The translations under genes were made by a program, and so were the position numbers. Positions 63,584 to 64,000 of a DNA stretch of 64,000 bases are shown piece after piece (the first letter of the stretch is position 1; every line of letters starts with the position of its first letter). The notes under the pieces were generated by a model. It ran no database searches, was not told the DNA's origin, and was given only the letters and a program-made list of their open reading frames with translations. The stretch is from the NCBI GenBank assembly GCA_903902345.1, contig CAIUUR010000414.1:2353-66352 (forward strand). Direction: 5' to 3'. The DNA comes from an uncultured Geobacteraceae bacterium. GTDB taxonomy: Bacteria > Desulfobacterota > Desulfuromonadia > Geobacterales > CAIOGM01.

Positions 63584-63736
63584 ACCACGGAGACACGGAG
63601 ACACAGAGGAAAACCCTCATTGCCGCAGATTGTTATAGCTCTTCTGTCTGTTGGACTGCAAAGCTGATCTTTTTTGGTGAAAACTGCGCATCTGATTTTC
63701 TCAGTGAATTCCTCCGTGTCTCAGTGCCTCCGTGGT
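63584..63736 (+). repeat. Hairpin element copy C (unit CACGGAGA)
   Basis: Left arm ACCACGGAGACACGGAGACACAGAGGA (63584-63610) and right arm TCCTCCGTGTCTCAGTGCCTCCGTGGT (63710-63736) are 24/27 complementary. Inner AAAACC, TGTCTGT and TGATTTTCTC motifs as in copies A and B. Confidence 0.8.
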
Positions 63737-63785
63737 TCAACTTCCCTTTCAGATTTCTGCCCTTCACTTTCGATATGGAGTTGTC

Positions 63786-64000
63786 ATGAAACGTGGTTTG
63801 CTCATCAGTGAGGTTCTTTCCGGCGCCCTTGCCCAGGAGTTGGAGCTGGAACCGGGGGACCGGCTCGTGGCGGTCAACGGTCAACCGTTGCGTGATCTCA
63901 TCGACTATGAGTACCACATCTCCGACGATCCGCTCACCCTGGAGGTCCTGCGCGGTTGCGGCGAGACGTGGGAGATCGAGGTGGAACGGGACGAGGGGGA
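63786..64000 (+). CDS. PDZ-domain protein, N-terminal part (partial; runs off window end)
   Basis: ATG 63786, open to the window end: MKRGLLISEVLSGALAQELELEPGDRLVAVNGQPLRDLIDYEYHI… is PDZ-like. It resembles the N-terminus of PDZ-radical-SAM-related (DUF512/COG1625) proteins, but too little sequence is present to be sure. Confidence 0.5.
   Translation, partial: MKRGLLISEVLSGALAQELELEPGDRLVAVNGQPLRDLIDYEYHISDDPLTLEVLRGCGETWEIEVERDEG

Overview
The window looks like a moderately GC-rich Desulfuromonadales/Geobacter-like deltaproteobacterial chromosome. That call is an inference from gene content and order, not a database hit. Bases 1-28.5 kb are the conserved translation/transcription core, all on the + strand: rplJ(partial)-rplL-rpoB-rpoC, then rpsL-rpsG-fusA-tuf, then the S10/spc/alpha operons (rpsJ through rplQ, including secY, adk, map, rpmJ and rpoA). 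No infA lies between map and rpmJ. Bases 28.5-40.5 kb are housekeeping genes: a BioH-BioC fusion and bioF on the - strand, then mutS, an AMIN-domain amidase, glnD, xerD and an archaeal-type cofactor-independent PGM-family gene. Bases 40.4-50.4 kb are accessory or mosaic. First comes a ~3.7 kb segment bracketed by a duplicated, diverged 3' end of the PGM-family gene; it carries a PAS/OmpR-type regulator and three secreted proteins, two with PEP-CTERM tails. Next are a RES-Xre toxin-antitoxin pair and an orphan ExeA/GspB-like pair. A MazF-type TA cassette then sits beside the remnant of an HUH (RAYT/IS200-like) transposase gene with a REP-like palindrome, and all of this is wedged into a SAM-cycle locus (ahcY, SahR-like ArsR-methyltransferase regulator, metK). 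The rest holds an NPD-family flavoprotein, a two-component system, a secreted Kelch-repeat protein, a candidate 6S RNA upstream of 5-formyl-THF cyclo-ligase, rny, ymdB, tyrS, miaA, hfq and a partial PDZ protein. The most unusual sequence-level signals are three. (1) A family of ~126-153 bp hairpin elements has arms built from tandem 8-9-mers that co-vary between copies (41.7, 47.7 and 63.6 kb). (2) Several heptanucleotide-periodic tracts occur, one inside the only available 5' coding region of miaA. (3) The gene-3'-end duplication marks an integrase-less insertion. No rRNA, tRNA or CRISPR array was seen.
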